Source: Eledone cirrhosa (Eukaryota). Taken from it: a DNA stretch of 64,000 nt. Positions 25,630 through 40,003 of this stretch are shown here, in pieces. The notes below the pieces were generated by a model, which saw only the letters and a program-made list of their open reading frames with translations, did not search any database and was not told the DNA's origin. The stretch's first letter is position 1. Every line of letters begins with the position of its first letter. The translations under genes and the position numbers were made by a program. Location: assembly GCA_964016885.1 (NCBI GenBank), contig OZ024749.1, forward strand, positions 43,648,001 to 43,712,000, read 5' to 3'.

Positions 25630-26695
25630 AATACTTTGGGGGTTTTATTTAAAACGTTGTACATTGAGAGTCTAAATCCCATAGGAATAGCCCTTGTCTT
25701 TTATCTACACGGGATCGATAACATTATTTCAAATCCCGCCGCGGTTAACTTTGCCTTTCATCCTTACGGGGTCGATAAAATAAAGTACCAGTAATGCACT
25801 GGGTAATTGCTGGCCTTGTGCCAAAAGTAGAAACAATTATTTCTAATATTGGCGGTGAATTGGCAGTATCGGTAGAGGGTCGGACGCCATGCTTTGACGC
25901 ATAGAGTTACGGCCCTTGCCATTCTGAGTTCAAATCCCGCCAAGGTTAACTTTGCCTTTCATCCTTACGGGGTCGATAAAATAAAGTACCAGTCATGCAC
26001 TGGTTAATTGTTGGCCTTGTGCCAAACAGAAGAAACAATTATTTCTAATATTGGCATAATGCCAGCAATTCGAGGGAAGGAGAAAGACGATTATATCGAC
26101 CCGGTATTTTACTGGTACTTTATTTGATCAACCTCGAAAAGATAAAAGCCAAAGGTCATCTCGGTGGGATTTGAACTCAGAACGTAGCAAGTCGTGTGTA
26201 AAAACAACCAAGCATTTTGCTCGATGGTCAGGCGACTCTGCCATACCACCACCCTTATAATTGTTTCTACATTTGGCACAAGGCCAGCAAATATCCAGTA
26301 CATTACTGGTACTTTATTTTATCAACCCCGTAAGGATGAAAGGCAAACCTAACCTCGGCGGGATTTGAACTCAGATCGTAAAGGGACGTAACTATGCTGG
26401 AAAGCATGTCCGATAACCTCGGCAGGATTCGAATTCAGATCATAAAGAGCCGTAACTCCGTGCTGTAAAGCATGGCGTCAGACCTTCTACCGATACTGCC
26501 AATCCACCGCCCTTGTTACAATAATTGTTTCTACGTTTGGCACAAGGCCAGCAATTACCCAGTGCATTACTGGTACTTTATTTTATCGACCCCGTAAGGA
26601 TGAAAGGCAAAGTTAACCTCGGCGGTATTTGAACTCAGAATGGCAAGGGCCGTAACTCTATACGTCAAAGCATGGCGTCCGACCCTGCCAATCAA
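25630..26695. mobile_element. Nested cluster of six or more Meta-like SINE copies in both orientations
   Basis: Plus-strand copies at about 25630-25840 and 25849-26045; minus-strand copies at about 26040-26255, 26258-26410, 26415-26513 and 26520-26693. Confidence 0.9.
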
Positions 26696-26699
26696 TGTA

Positions 26700-27010
26700 T
26701 TCGAATGTCCATTGAAATCTGTATCGAAAATATACAAAGTTCAATTGGTACTAGAAGGTGATTGGAAAGCTGTGTGGGGAAACGACGGAAGAAACAATCT
26801 TGCGGCACTTTAACAGTCGAAAACAAAGCGGATCATAGACCACTTGAATATCTGCTATTGTGCTGCTTGATAAAGACAAACGAATGTCTTATAATAATCG
26901 ATATTGATATAGCTGAACTGAAAAATATTGCAGAAAAAGGAAATAGAAATAATGATAACATGTCAAAACTGAGGTAAGAACTCTTAACAAGTGTAGAATG
27001 AAAAGAAAAC
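26700..27010 (+). mobile_element. Highly decayed RLE-type non-LTR retrotransposon 3' fragment (R4/Dong-like)
   Basis: Across frameshifts: NVH*NLYRKY..NWY..ETILRHF..KADHRP..KTNECLIIIDI..NIAEK. This resembles HWxLCxKY..WY..ILWDF..HxRPD..CLIIDI..NIxxKE of the restriction-like endonuclease region. Confidence 0.55.
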
Positions 27011-27256
27011 CAAGAAGACAAATGTTGTGAAGATATTAGCAACCTCGATTTTTCGTTTTTCTATAAAAGCTTCCATCCTACTTCACACAACTTCAAACAT
27101 GAGAATAAAGCATCAACAACATTACAAACGACTTCGTTGTTTAGAATTGTTAATATCCTAAGGAAAGTACTTTGTCTGTGAAAACTTGATCAATTTTCTA
27201 TTTGTCAACACCTGCACTTTGTGTAAATATGAGCACGTAAATGATGATTGAAAAAA

Positions 27257-27301
<45 letters not shown>

Positions 27302-27339
27302 ATACTGGGTAATTGCTGGCCTTGTGCCTAAAATAGAAA

Positions 27340-27370
<31 letters not shown>

Positions 27371-27371
<1 letters not shown>

Positions 27372-27790
27372 GGGTAGTGGATTCAGTAGAATCGGTGGAG
27401 TGTCGGACAAAATGCTTTGCGGCATTTAGTTACGACTTTCTATGTTCTGAGTTCAAATCCCGCCGACGTTAGCTTTGCATTTTATCCTCACGGGGTTGCT
27501 AAAATAAAGAACCAGTAATGCACTGGGGACGATTTAATCGACTTTCCCCTCCCCCAAAATTGCTGGCCTTGTGCCTATATAAGAAACCATTATTATGGTG
27601 GTGGATTGGCAGGATCGGTAGAGGGTCGCACGCCATGCTTTGCAGCATAGAGTTGCGGCCCTTTGCGGCCTGAGTTCAAATCCTGCCGAGGTTAACTTTG
27701 CCTTTCATCCTTATGGGATCAATAAAATAAAGTACCAGTAATACACTGGGATCGATTTAATCGACTTTCCCTCGCACAAAATTGCTGGCC
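27371..27790 (+). mobile_element. Two head-to-tail Meta-like SINEs
   Basis: Copies at 27371-27595 and 27596-27790, each with GAGTTCAAATCC and the TTTGC-TTT-ATCCT domain. Confidence 0.9.
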
Positions 27791-27995
27791 GGTGGCAGCA
27801 GCACCACCCCAGGCTAGGGACCAGTACTTTATTGTGGGTTTCACGTGAGCGTTATAGGAGTTGAGAAGTTATTGGAGCTGAAGTATTTTCTGGTTCTGAA
27901 GAGAAGGGCCAGTTTTTCGAAACGAACGAAAGGGGTCTACTTGCGTGTTGTTCATGTTTAAGGGTGATGAAGTGCGGTGTTTTAAGGATAGCAGT
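27791..27995 (-). mobile_element. CR1/Jockey-group LINE remnant (C-terminal to RT)
   Basis: Minus strand with one frameshift: KLALLFRTRKYFSS / LLNSYNAHVKPTIKYWSLAWGGAAAT, matching the LYKxxVRPxxEYxSxxWG motif. Confidence 0.7.
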
Positions 27996-28035
27996 AATAT
28001 TTATTTTCTTTTTCTTTTAACGAGATTTCCATGCT

Positions 28036-28172
<137 letters not shown>

Positions 28173-28641
28173 TGTGTGTGTGATGTTAGAGGTAATAGCG
28201 TGTAGTGTGTAAATGTACAAAAGGGAGAATCTGGCAGATATAGTTGAACATTTAATTTTTTTTTTTTTTTTTGGTTCTATACATTTTTTTTTTACCCATA
28301 ACTTTTCTTCCCTAGAGGTCAAGGATCGCTAACTAATTTACAAAGGAATCCTTTTTCAGTTATAAAGAACCTCCCCCTCGTCACCTTGCCACCGCCACCA
28401 CCATCGCTACACCTCATGAGAGCTGACATCTCATATCTAATTACTGCAGTATTGTTCTGTAATTAGATCTAAGGTTCCTAAGAAACGTTAATTATATCAT
28501 TATTATCACGAGAAGCGACAACATTCACAACAACAACCAAAGCAACCACAACAGTAGCCATAGTAACAACAGTTACTCTCGTAGTGGAGCTGCTTCGAAT
28601 GTTGCCGTGATTGGTATTTCATGGAATTATTATTATTATTA

Positions 28642-29045
28642 TTGGATTGGCAGTATCGGTAGAGGGTCGGACGCCATGCTTTGCAGCTTAGAGTTACGGC
28701 CCTTTATGATCTGAGTTCAAATCCCGCCGAGTTTAAATTTGCCTTTCATCCTTACGGGGTCGATAAAATAAAGTACCAGTCACGCACTGGGGTCGATGAT
28801 TTAATCGACTTTCCCCTCCCCCACAAATTGCTGGCCTTGTGCCTATATAAGACCAATATTGGATTGGCAGTATCGGTTGAGGTTCGGACGTCATTCTGTG
28901 CAGCAAAGAGTTACGGCCCTTTGTGGTCTGAGTTTAAATCCCGCCGAGGTTAACTTTGCCTTTCATCCTTACGGGGTCGATGAAATAAAGTACCAGTAAT
29001 ACACTGGGTTAATTGCTGGCCTTGTGCCAAAAATAGAAACAATTA
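28642..29045 (+). mobile_element. Two head-to-tail Meta-like SINEs
   Basis: TGGATTGGCAGTATCGGT heads at about 28643 and 28860; further tail fragments at about 29185-29235 and 29278-29342. Confidence 0.9.
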
Positions 29046-29344
29046 TTATTAGCCTTATTTTCGTTATTTGCTATTACATTACCAAGCAGAGCTCTGTGTG
29101 CTGTACATAATAGTTCTATTTTCTATATGTTGTGTATATTTGTAAGTCCTGGGGCATCGCCTTAAAAGGATTTAGTCGATTAGTATCAGTAATGCACTGG
29201 GGTAATTGCTGGCCTTGTGCCAAAAGTAGAAACATTTATTATTGGCAATATTAGGACAACATGACGCTTCTCAAATATACCAGTAAAGTTCTGGGGTTTT
29301 TTTATTCGACGTTTACCTTCCCCAAAATTTCTGGCCTTGTTTCA

Positions 29345-29686
29345 TCACCCCATCAATATCATCATCACGAACACCATTCCCAGCCCCACCACCATCACCC
29401 TCATCACCATCATCCTCACCACCACCATTCCCAAAACCACCACCACCACCATCATCCCCATCACCATCATCCCCATCACCATTTCCAGCACCAACAGCAT
29501 CATAACCGTCACCATCATCACCACTACAATCACCACCACCACCATCATAACCATCACCACAATCATCACCCCAGTCACCACCACCATCACCAGCACCACC
29601 ACCACCACCACCCATCGCCAACATCATCACCACCACCCATCACCAACATCATCACTACTACCATTCCCAGCACCACCACGACCACT

Positions 29687-29750
<64 letters not shown>
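29345..29750. repeat. (CAC/CAT)n low-complexity tract
   Basis: Read directly from the sequence. Confidence 0.9.
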
Positions 29751-30268
29751 AGAACAAGAATCAGGTGAACAACTTACAGTCAAATCCCACAACTCCCCCA
29801 CAACACACAGTACAACAACCAGAACCAGAATCTTGAAATCAACTTCCACTTGAGCATTCAACATTCAACAAACAACCACAACACAAACCACAAAACAAAG
29901 AAACAAACTTAGATATAAATAAACTTAGTAGAGAGAAAAGAATAGAAGAGAAGAGAAGTTAGTATGTTTGTGTGTTAGTGTTGTTTTATATATTGGTATT
30001 GGTTGTTTTATATATTGGTATTGAAGTGTTCATTTGCAATTAAATACCATTACAAGTGTTACCTATGAGAACGAGGTTTAAAATAAAAACTGTGTTAAAA
30101 ATATTTTAACAAATCAAAAGAAATTGTTTGGAGCAAAAGTTTTGAGACAATAGAGTAAAATTAAAATAACCAGTTTTAAGTGCTTCTGACAATAACATAG
30201 ACGTACGTATCGATATCTATGTCATATATGTGTAAGTTTGTATATATATACATATATATATATGTATA

Positions 30269-30379
<111 letters not shown>

Positions 30380-30392
30380 GTATATATATATG

Positions 30393-30425
<33 letters not shown>

Positions 30426-30484
30426 ATATACATGTGTGTGTATATATATATGTGTGTATATATATGTGTGTGTGTAGATATATA

Positions 30485-30559
<75 letters not shown>

Positions 30560-30733
30560 AACTTTTTTAAGCATCTTTTAATTTCTTCTTATATATATAT
30601 ATACATATATGTATGTATATATGTATATGTATGTATATATGTATATATATGTATATATATGTGTGTGTGTATGTATGTGCATGTTTTTATTTATATTTAT
30701 TTACATAACATTCATCAGTCTCTTCATCACATT

Positions 30734-30827
<94 letters not shown>

Positions 30828-30843
30828 TAATGAAGACTGATGC

Positions 30844-30938
<95 letters not shown>

Positions 30939-31081
30939 TGTGTTTTGAATATCTTTATGTGCGTGCGTATGGAAGTGTTTGAAAGTACATAAAATTAAGA
31001 AAGTAGTGATGAGTCTAAACTTAAAATGTAATATATTCACAGTGAAAATACTGATAGTCGTACAGTTAAACACATATAGAT

Positions 31082-31122
<41 letters not shown>

Positions 31123-31156
31123 CATTGAATGCCACAGAACGCTACATTGCTAGAGT

Positions 31157-31220
<64 letters not shown>

Positions 31221-31261
31221 TTATTGTACTGCCTCTCTGTTCTGTCCCTGTTCAATTTTTC

Positions 31262-31365
<104 letters not shown>

Positions 31366-31714
31366 GTATGTATATATGTATATATATATATATATATATA
31401 CACACATTCATCAACAGATCCACATATATTTTTCAATCAATCTATCTATCCATCTATGTATATAATTCATGACATTAAAAATATATGTCACTCTATATAT
31501 AGGAAGTTGATGATGAGTGTGAGACGGTGGTGGGGTTGTTTGTGAATGAATGAGTTAATTACAGATGTATAAAAATATATGATGCTATATGTATGAGTCT
31601 GAATATTGAAATATTGTAGAGCAACAGAAAAACACACTAATACAACAGATATAGATACAAAACTGCTATATACGTGTGTATATATATATATATATGTATA
31701 TATATATGAGATTC

Positions 31715-31872
31715 GCAATGGATTCGCAATCGTAAGGTTGTGAGTTCGATTCCTGGACCAGGCGATGCGTTATGTCCTTGAGCAAGACACTTTATTTCAC
31801 GTTGCTCCTTCTACCTGGAGTTGCGACCGATAGATAGTATTAGCAATTGGAAAGACCAATGGAAACATTGTT
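31715..31872 (+). mobile_element. CORE-type SINE
   Basis: GAGTTCGATTCC box B followed by TGTCCTTGAGCAAGACACTTTATTTCACGTTGCTCC; the tail GTTGCGACCGATAGATAGTATTAGCAAT is shared with 36357-36520 (-). Confidence 0.8.
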
Positions 31873-31911
31873 CCCTCGGTCCGATTTGACGAAAGTCGAT
31901 CGTTCCTTTAA

Positions 31912-32415
31912 TATATATGAGAAAAATGGAGCGCTGCATGGTTGCACATGGGTAACATATGAATAAAATTAGTCCTTCATCAGTGACCTTCCAACTTTCA
32001 TTGGTATTTCATCGCTTTAAAAGTCATATACCTCTAGTTGGCGCGAGCAATAACAAATAAAGTTATTAGGACAAGTAAAATAGGGTGAGACGAGCGAGAC
32101 ATGTAAGCAAACAACGATGGTATCGCAACGGAAAGATAGGAAGAGACAAGCACATGAAATCTGTAAGCTTAAGCTTGGTGAATTCATGGGCGTGAGATAC
32201 AGACCATCCGACATGGGTGAGATGTGAGCGAGAAAAGGATTTCACACAGGCCAAACGGGAGGAAGTGAGAGAGGGGGAGAAGCAGAGAGTAAGAAAGAGA
32301 GAGAGTAAGAAAGAAACAGACAATCGCAGCTGAGGAAAAAATATAAATATGAGAAAAATGGAGCACTGCGTGGTTGCACATGGGTTACATATGAATAAAA
32401 TTAGTCCTTCATCAG
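31912..32415 (-). mobile_element. About 430-bp unit bounded by about 70-bp direct repeats containing CTGATGA (minus); PLE-terminus-like
   Basis: ATATGAGAAAAATGGAGC...AATTAGTCCTTCATCAGT at about 31915 and 32348; 31960-32050 also matches 60904-60997 in the opposite orientation. Confidence 0.55.
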
Positions 32416-32591
32416 TTGTAGTAAAAGTTATTGTTGTTGTAGTGGATGTTACAGTAGTAGTTGTTGTTGATGTTACTGTTGTTGTTGTAGATGTTACAGT
32501 AGTAGTTGTGGTCGATGTTACTGTTGTTGTTGTAGATGTTACAGTAGTAGTTGTGGTCACAGGTGCTACTGCTGCTGTCATTGTTATTGTT

Positions 32592-32625
<34 letters not shown>

Positions 32626-33349
32626 TATGAATGTTTTGTAGTCTGAAAGTCATCAATTTAACGAGGAATTATTAGCAACAAAATAAATTAGTAACAAAAC
32701 AAATAAAGAAATAATTAAATATATAGAAAACTAAAAACAAAATAAATATAAAAGTTAACCAAATATATATATTAGGTCGTCAAGCATGAAAATTGTAAAA
32801 GTTTGTAGAAAAAGAAGAAATTTCTACAAATTTCATACTTGACGACCCAATACATATAAACACACGTGCGTACACCTACACAAACACACATGTAGGTAAA
32901 CAGATACATACGCACGCACTTATACGTACACCTACACAAACACAGATGTACGTACACTCATACATATATACAAACAATTTACAAACAAAATACAACCACT
33001 TTTATTATTATCACATGACAATATGGCGGCATTCATAAACAAACAATGAATTCAACCATATATAACAACAACAACAACAGCAGCAACAACCACAACAATA
33101 GCATTATCAACAGTAGCAACAGCAAAGACACGATTATAATAACATGATGATGATGATGATGATGATGACGACGACGTTAATGGAAGTGAACTGAAAATTC
33201 CGGTTCAATCCCATTGGTACAGGTTGAAAAAGTTGGCTTCCCAAGCCAACGAAACGTGCGTTCCTGATATGGCTCCGTTGTAATAATAGGCCTTGATAAT
33301 TATATATATATATGTGTGTGTGTGTTGTATTTGTTTACATGTAATATAA

Positions 33350-33520
33350 ATAATTGTTTCTACTTTAGGCACAAGACCAGCAATTACCCAGTGCATTACT
33401 GGTACTTTATTTTATCGACCCCGTAAGGATGAAAGGCAAAGTCAACCATCTGCGGGATTTGAACTCAGATCGTAACTATGCTGGAAAGCATGGCGTCCGA
33501 CCCTTTACCGATACTGCCAA
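33350..33520 (-). mobile_element. Meta-like SINE
   Basis: Reverse complement of the family sequence (ATCGACCCCGTAAGGATGAAAGGCAAAG, GGATTTGAACTC). Confidence 0.9.
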
Positions 33521-33592
33521 TATACACATATATGCATGTGAATACATACATGTCATATATACAGGAGTGTGTGAGAATTGTCGAACATACAT

Positions 33593-33629
<37 letters not shown>

Positions 33630-33696
33630 CACACACACATATATATATATATACATACACACACACACATATATGTATATATATACACATACACAA

Positions 33697-33729
<33 letters not shown>

Positions 33730-34115
33730 TATATATGTATATATACATACATACATACACTCACACACATATATATATATATATACATACATACACATAT
33801 ATATATATACATACATTCATACACATACACACACACACACACACATATATATACATATATATATATATATATATTTACATGCACATATATACATGCCATT
33901 ATACATGCACATATATACATACATACATAAATACGAGTGTGTTTCGCGCCTAAGTTAGGAATCTCTTTTTCATTTTCATTTTACTTTCTATCATGATATC
34001 ATTATTATCATTATCATCATTATTATCATTATCATTATCATTATTATCATTATCATCATTATCATTATTATCATTATTATCATTATTATTCTCTATGCTG
34101 CGAAACAGGGTGTCC

Positions 34116-34355
34116 GATGAAAGGCAAAGTTAACCTCGGTGGGATTTGAACTCAAACCGTAAAGGTGTGTAACTCTATGCTGGAAAGCATGGCGTCCGAC
34201 CCTCTACTAATACTACCAGATACGTTTCTTTACGGTCTGAGTTCAAATCCCGCCGAGGTTAACTTTGCCTTTCATCTTTACGGGGTCGATAAAATAAAGT
34301 ACCAGTAATGTACTGGTTAATTGCTGGCCTTGTGCCAAAAGTAGAAACAATTATT
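34116..34355. mobile_element. Meta-like SINE halves in inverted (minus then plus) arrangement
   Basis: 34116-34218 is the 5' part on the minus strand; 34228-34355 is the box B-to-tail part on the plus strand. Confidence 0.85.
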
Positions 34356-34852
34356 ATCATTATCATTATTATTATTCAACATTTCAAATATCTAATTCCG
34401 TTTCAAGAATTTTCTAATCTCGTCTATCGTAACAGTTAAGCTTCAAATAACCTAGAAAATGCTACTTAGAAATATTTTCCCGGCTAAGCTTCACTAAGAA
34501 CAATTATCAAACCTGCTCTTTAGTTTACATAGAATTCTCTTCTTGGAATTTTTTTTTTTTTTTTTTTTTTTTTTTTGTTAATTTTCTGTTGAAATAATAT
34601 TTTTTTCATTATTTCGGTTCTTAATTTAATATATACATATTACTATGTTTTTTTTTTGGAAATTAGCCTAAATTAAACAAATTTTAATCAAAAGTGACAT
34701 GACATACATTCACGTGTTTTCCGGCTTTTCTTGATTTGTTGAAAATGTTTTTCCTTCTTTTAAGAAATTGGACATTTTCTGTTTAAAACATTCTTCGTAA
34801 TTCACAGTAATTTCATTTTTACAGATTTTCTGTATAAATATATATATATATT

Positions 34853-34940
<88 letters not shown>

Positions 34941-34963
34941 TATATACATATATATATACATAC

Positions 34964-35057
<94 letters not shown>

Positions 35058-35096
35058 GTATATATATATATGTATATATATGTATGTATATATATG

Positions 35097-35131
<35 letters not shown>

Positions 35132-35171
35132 GTATGTATATATATGTATATATATATGTATATATATGTAT

Positions 35172-35212
<41 letters not shown>

Positions 35213-35214
35213 TG

Positions 35215-35247
<33 letters not shown>

Positions 35248-35254
35248 GTATGTA

Positions 35255-35352
<98 letters not shown>

Positions 35353-35371
35353 TATATACATATATATATAC

Positions 35372-35417
<46 letters not shown>

Positions 35418-35561
35418 TTATATATATATACACACATATATATACACACACATATACACATATATACACACATATTTATACACATATTCATATATATTCA
35501 TATATGTACACATAGACATATATATACACACATATATATATATATATTACACATATACATA

Positions 35562-35614
<53 letters not shown>

Positions 35615-36083
35615 TACATATATATATATATACATATGTACACATACATATATGTGTGTTTGTGTATCTATGTGTATACATGCATGCGTATACTTATGTG
35701 TGCGAACGCGTTTCTGGTTATTTTACTTTGGATTACATATATCACTTTTACTTATGCTTTTTTTTTCTTCCGCAATGTTTAATCCCGTTAGGAAAGATGA
35801 AGCAAGCATGTCGATATATTTATGAAATCAAAAGAAAGAAAAAATACATCATTATCTGACGGTATTACATACAAGCTGTGTTGCAAATCATTTCATATTT
35901 TAAGATATGACACCGTTGCTATTTCAGATAGATAGAAAAAACATAATTAAAATAAATAGATGATATTATTTATGGGATGAAAGAGAAAATGCAAGATATA
36001 AATACTTGTCACATATGACTTGCATGTTACGGCTCCTAAACAAGCATCTGGAAGATGACGTGTGTGAGTATAATAACACAGAG

Positions 36084-36324
36084 AGAGAGCTGGATTTAAA
36101 CCTTGGAGGGCCCGACGCACTTCAGGTTTTTTTCTGTTGGGCCTCAAACACAAAATATTAGAATATACAGCAAGCCCCACCCGGTTTTTATAAATACAGG
36201 TATTAAATTAAAAAATCCTAACCACCCTGAAACTAAAAAGCCCAGCTGAGGGCACAAGTAAATTGCTACGTCGCTGGTGGACTCAGGGTAATAGCTCCCT
36301 TTCCCCCTATTAAATCCGGCCCTG
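36084..36324. mobile_element. Putative hAT-like MITE
   Basis: Left end GAGAGCTGGATTTAA versus right end TTAAATCCGGCCCTG (TIR-like CAGGGCCGGATTTAA); no TSD confirmed. Confidence 0.45.
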
Positions 36325-36356
36325 TACACATAGAGTTTATATGTAATATATATATA

Positions 36357-36520
36357 ATGTTTTCATTGGTTTTTCCATTGCTGATACTATCTACCGGTCG
36401 CAACATGAAATAAAGTGGCTTGCTCAAGAACATAACCCATCACCCGGTACGATTATCGAACTCGCAACCTCATGATTACGAATCCGAATTTTTTAACCAC
36501 TGAGTCACGCGTCTTCCATA
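36357..36520 (-). mobile_element. CORE-type SINE
   Basis: TGAAATAAAGTGGCTTGCTCAAGAACATAAC...ATCGAACTC...TAACCACTGAG is the reverse complement of the 31715 family. Confidence 0.75.
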
Positions 36521-36829
36521 GTTAGCAGGTGATAATATTGACGGTGTTACTGCAACATAACAGACAAAACTATGCTTTCAGGTAATTAAAAATCAATTCG
36601 AAAATTAATTTTACCTGAGAACGTAAAACCAAGAATACAGGTGTTGACAATAAAGCAATTAAACAGAGTTACCAATGATTTTATGTTCTCAGGTTCTTAC
36701 TAAATAATGCCTCAATAAAACCACTAACGTGCATGCATAACTATACCTATATGTGGGCACGCGGGTGTACATTAGGACCCACCGTATATCTGAGAATGTT
36801 AAGGTAAATATAATTTAGAAATAGATATC

Positions 36830-37040
36830 TATGAGGATGGGCTGAAACGGTCAAAGCTGACTATGAAGAAATGAGGCTAAAGCTATGAAATCTTGCATGC
36901 ATTAATTTCAATAATTCTTATTAGTAACTGCATTGTTTGTTTCTAGTTAAAGTAACATCTGACTGTTTAAGGTGACTTCAAAAGTAACTAGTAGCGACTT
37001 CTCATGAAAATGGACCAAAATATACCATTATGTTTTTAGA
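36830..37040 (+). mobile_element. Mariner-like transposon 5' end remnant
   Basis: TA-TGAGGATGGGCTGAAACGGTCAAAGCTGAC resembles the terminus at 55529 and 63981; ends near a candidate start context GAAAATGGAC. Confidence 0.5.
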
Positions 37041-37117
37041 ATTAGAAGACTTTTGCTGTGAAAGAAGCTTCATCGAGATTTCAAATTTCGTTCATCGTTA
37101 CTAAACATGGTCATATA

Positions 37118-37302
<185 letters not shown>

Positions 37303-37404
37303 TACATGTAGAAATAAACACAATAAATAGTGTTTAAAATGTATACAGTATTTATACTTAGACCTTATTAATTACAGGGTATTAATAAGGTCTAAGTATA
37401 AATA

Positions 37405-37508
37405 CGCCGATGTTGACTTTGCCTTTCATCCTTACGGGGTCGATAAAATAAAATACCAGTAATGCACTGGGTAATTGCTGGCCTTGTGCCTAAAGTAGAA
37501 ACAATTAA
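37405..37508 (+). mobile_element. 5'-truncated Meta-like SINE with TSD and an adjacent 25-bp hairpin
   Basis: ATTAATTACAGGGTATTAATA is duplicated at about 37368 and 37504; inverted repeat at 37348-37372 / 37381-37405. Confidence 0.85.
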
Positions 37509-37785
37509 TTACAGGGTATTAATATGAGTATCTAACTCTGCCTTTTATTTGTGTATATATATATATAATCAGTTACAACAGTGACATACGTAGATACTTT
37601 AGTTTAGTTGGGTTTAACACTAACTCCAACACAATATGGCACACTTAATGAGATGGTGTTAAACCCAACAAAACTTAAATATTTCCGCATGTTACTATTG
37701 TAACTGTTTATATATATATATATCGTCCCACGAACTGAGTGCTCTAGACCATTGGATATGTATATCAGGTTTGTGCTAGATTGTG

Positions 37786-37900
<115 letters not shown>

Positions 37901-38163
37901 ACATCGAGGGAAAATATGATACATTATGAATTGTATATTGGAATACATCACAGATGTTCACTACCACGCATAATATACTTGTTTTAATGTTGGATGTGAT
38001 ATTGTGGTTTACATATTATATTTGATTTATAGAGATTTATATTCTTAACGTCCTCCGTGAAATGTTCTACGAATTTTACACATTGTTTACCTTCTTTTTA
38101 ATTCTCGGGAAATATTTTTTATTTCTGGGAGAAAACAACATTAACAAAAAGATACCATAATAC

Positions 38164-38235
<72 letters not shown>

Positions 38236-38370
38236 TGTATACATATACACACATATGTAGACATACATATACACATATATGTACACATACTTATACACAT
38301 ACAAGTACATATACACATACACACATACACACATACACACATATATATATATATATACACATACGCACAT

Positions 38371-38418
<48 letters not shown>

Positions 38419-38420
38419 AA

Positions 38421-38454
<34 letters not shown>

Positions 38455-38501
38455 TTTTATACATATGTCTAAATACATATACACATATGTACACGTACAT
38501 G

Positions 38502-38545
<44 letters not shown>

Positions 38546-38815
38546 TATATATATATATATACACATACGCGCCATATATACACGCACTTACACACACACA
38601 CGCACACACATATATATATATGGGATTTGTGTGAGAAATCAATAAATTCCCTACAGACCAGTTAATGTTACAGAGGTTATATTTTATATACGTTGCTTTG
38701 AGATTCTAAGGCTTATCTATACTCCCATACAATCATCAAAGACGTGTGGAAAAACACAGTTGTGTTTCACACATTCATATATCTCAATATGTGTATGTAT
38801 ATCCATACACATACA

Positions 38816-38868
<53 letters not shown>

Positions 38869-38946
38869 TACATGGTATGATTATCCTACAATTATACAAT
38901 TGTCAATGCACACAAACGTACACACGTGGGTGTTATATAGATTATA

Positions 38947-38991
<45 letters not shown>

Positions 38992-39186
38992 GTAAATATA
39001 TATACATATATATATAAGTATATATGTATATATATATTATGTATATATATATATTTATATGTAAATATATATACATATATATATAAGTATATATATATAT
39101 ATATATACGTATATATATATATATATATACATATACACATATATATATATATATTTATATGTAAATATATATACATATATATATAA

Positions 39187-39245
<59 letters not shown>

Positions 39246-39290
39246 AAATTGGTCGTATATATGAATATATATATATGTGTATATATATAT

Positions 39291-39340
<50 letters not shown>

Positions 39341-39403
39341 ATAATAATAAATTTGAAGACTAAAATCCAAAGAAGGCTCGATAAATAGATATATATACGT
39401 ATA

Positions 39404-39442
<39 letters not shown>

Positions 39443-39444
39443 AC

Positions 39445-39542
<98 letters not shown>

Positions 39543-39588
39543 GTATATATATATATATATATACGTATATATATATATATATATATAC

Positions 39589-39672
<84 letters not shown>

Positions 39673-39682
39673 GTATATATAT

Positions 39683-39721
<39 letters not shown>

Positions 39722-39814
39722 CATTATACATTATACAGACACACACGCGCATATATAATTATATGTATATATAATTGTATAGAGAGATAGATAATCTTTA
39801 CACACAAACACTTG

Positions 39815-39860
<46 letters not shown>

Positions 39861-39937
39861 TTACATATATATCTTACATACACACGCCCGTGTGAGCGCG
39901 CGTGTGTGTGCGTGCGTGTGTATATGTGTGCGTGTGT

Positions 39938-40003
<66 letters not shown>

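Noticed and set aside
26762-26977. Host exon ending at GAG|GTAAGA
   Set aside because: Better explained as a decayed RLE retrotransposon fragment with frameshifts.
27896-27935. CTGAAGA-GAAGGGC..GTTTTTC-GAAA hammerhead-like match
   Set aside because: No UH cleavage site or stem I pairing; it is explained as the antisense of CR1-like coding sequence (KLALLFR).
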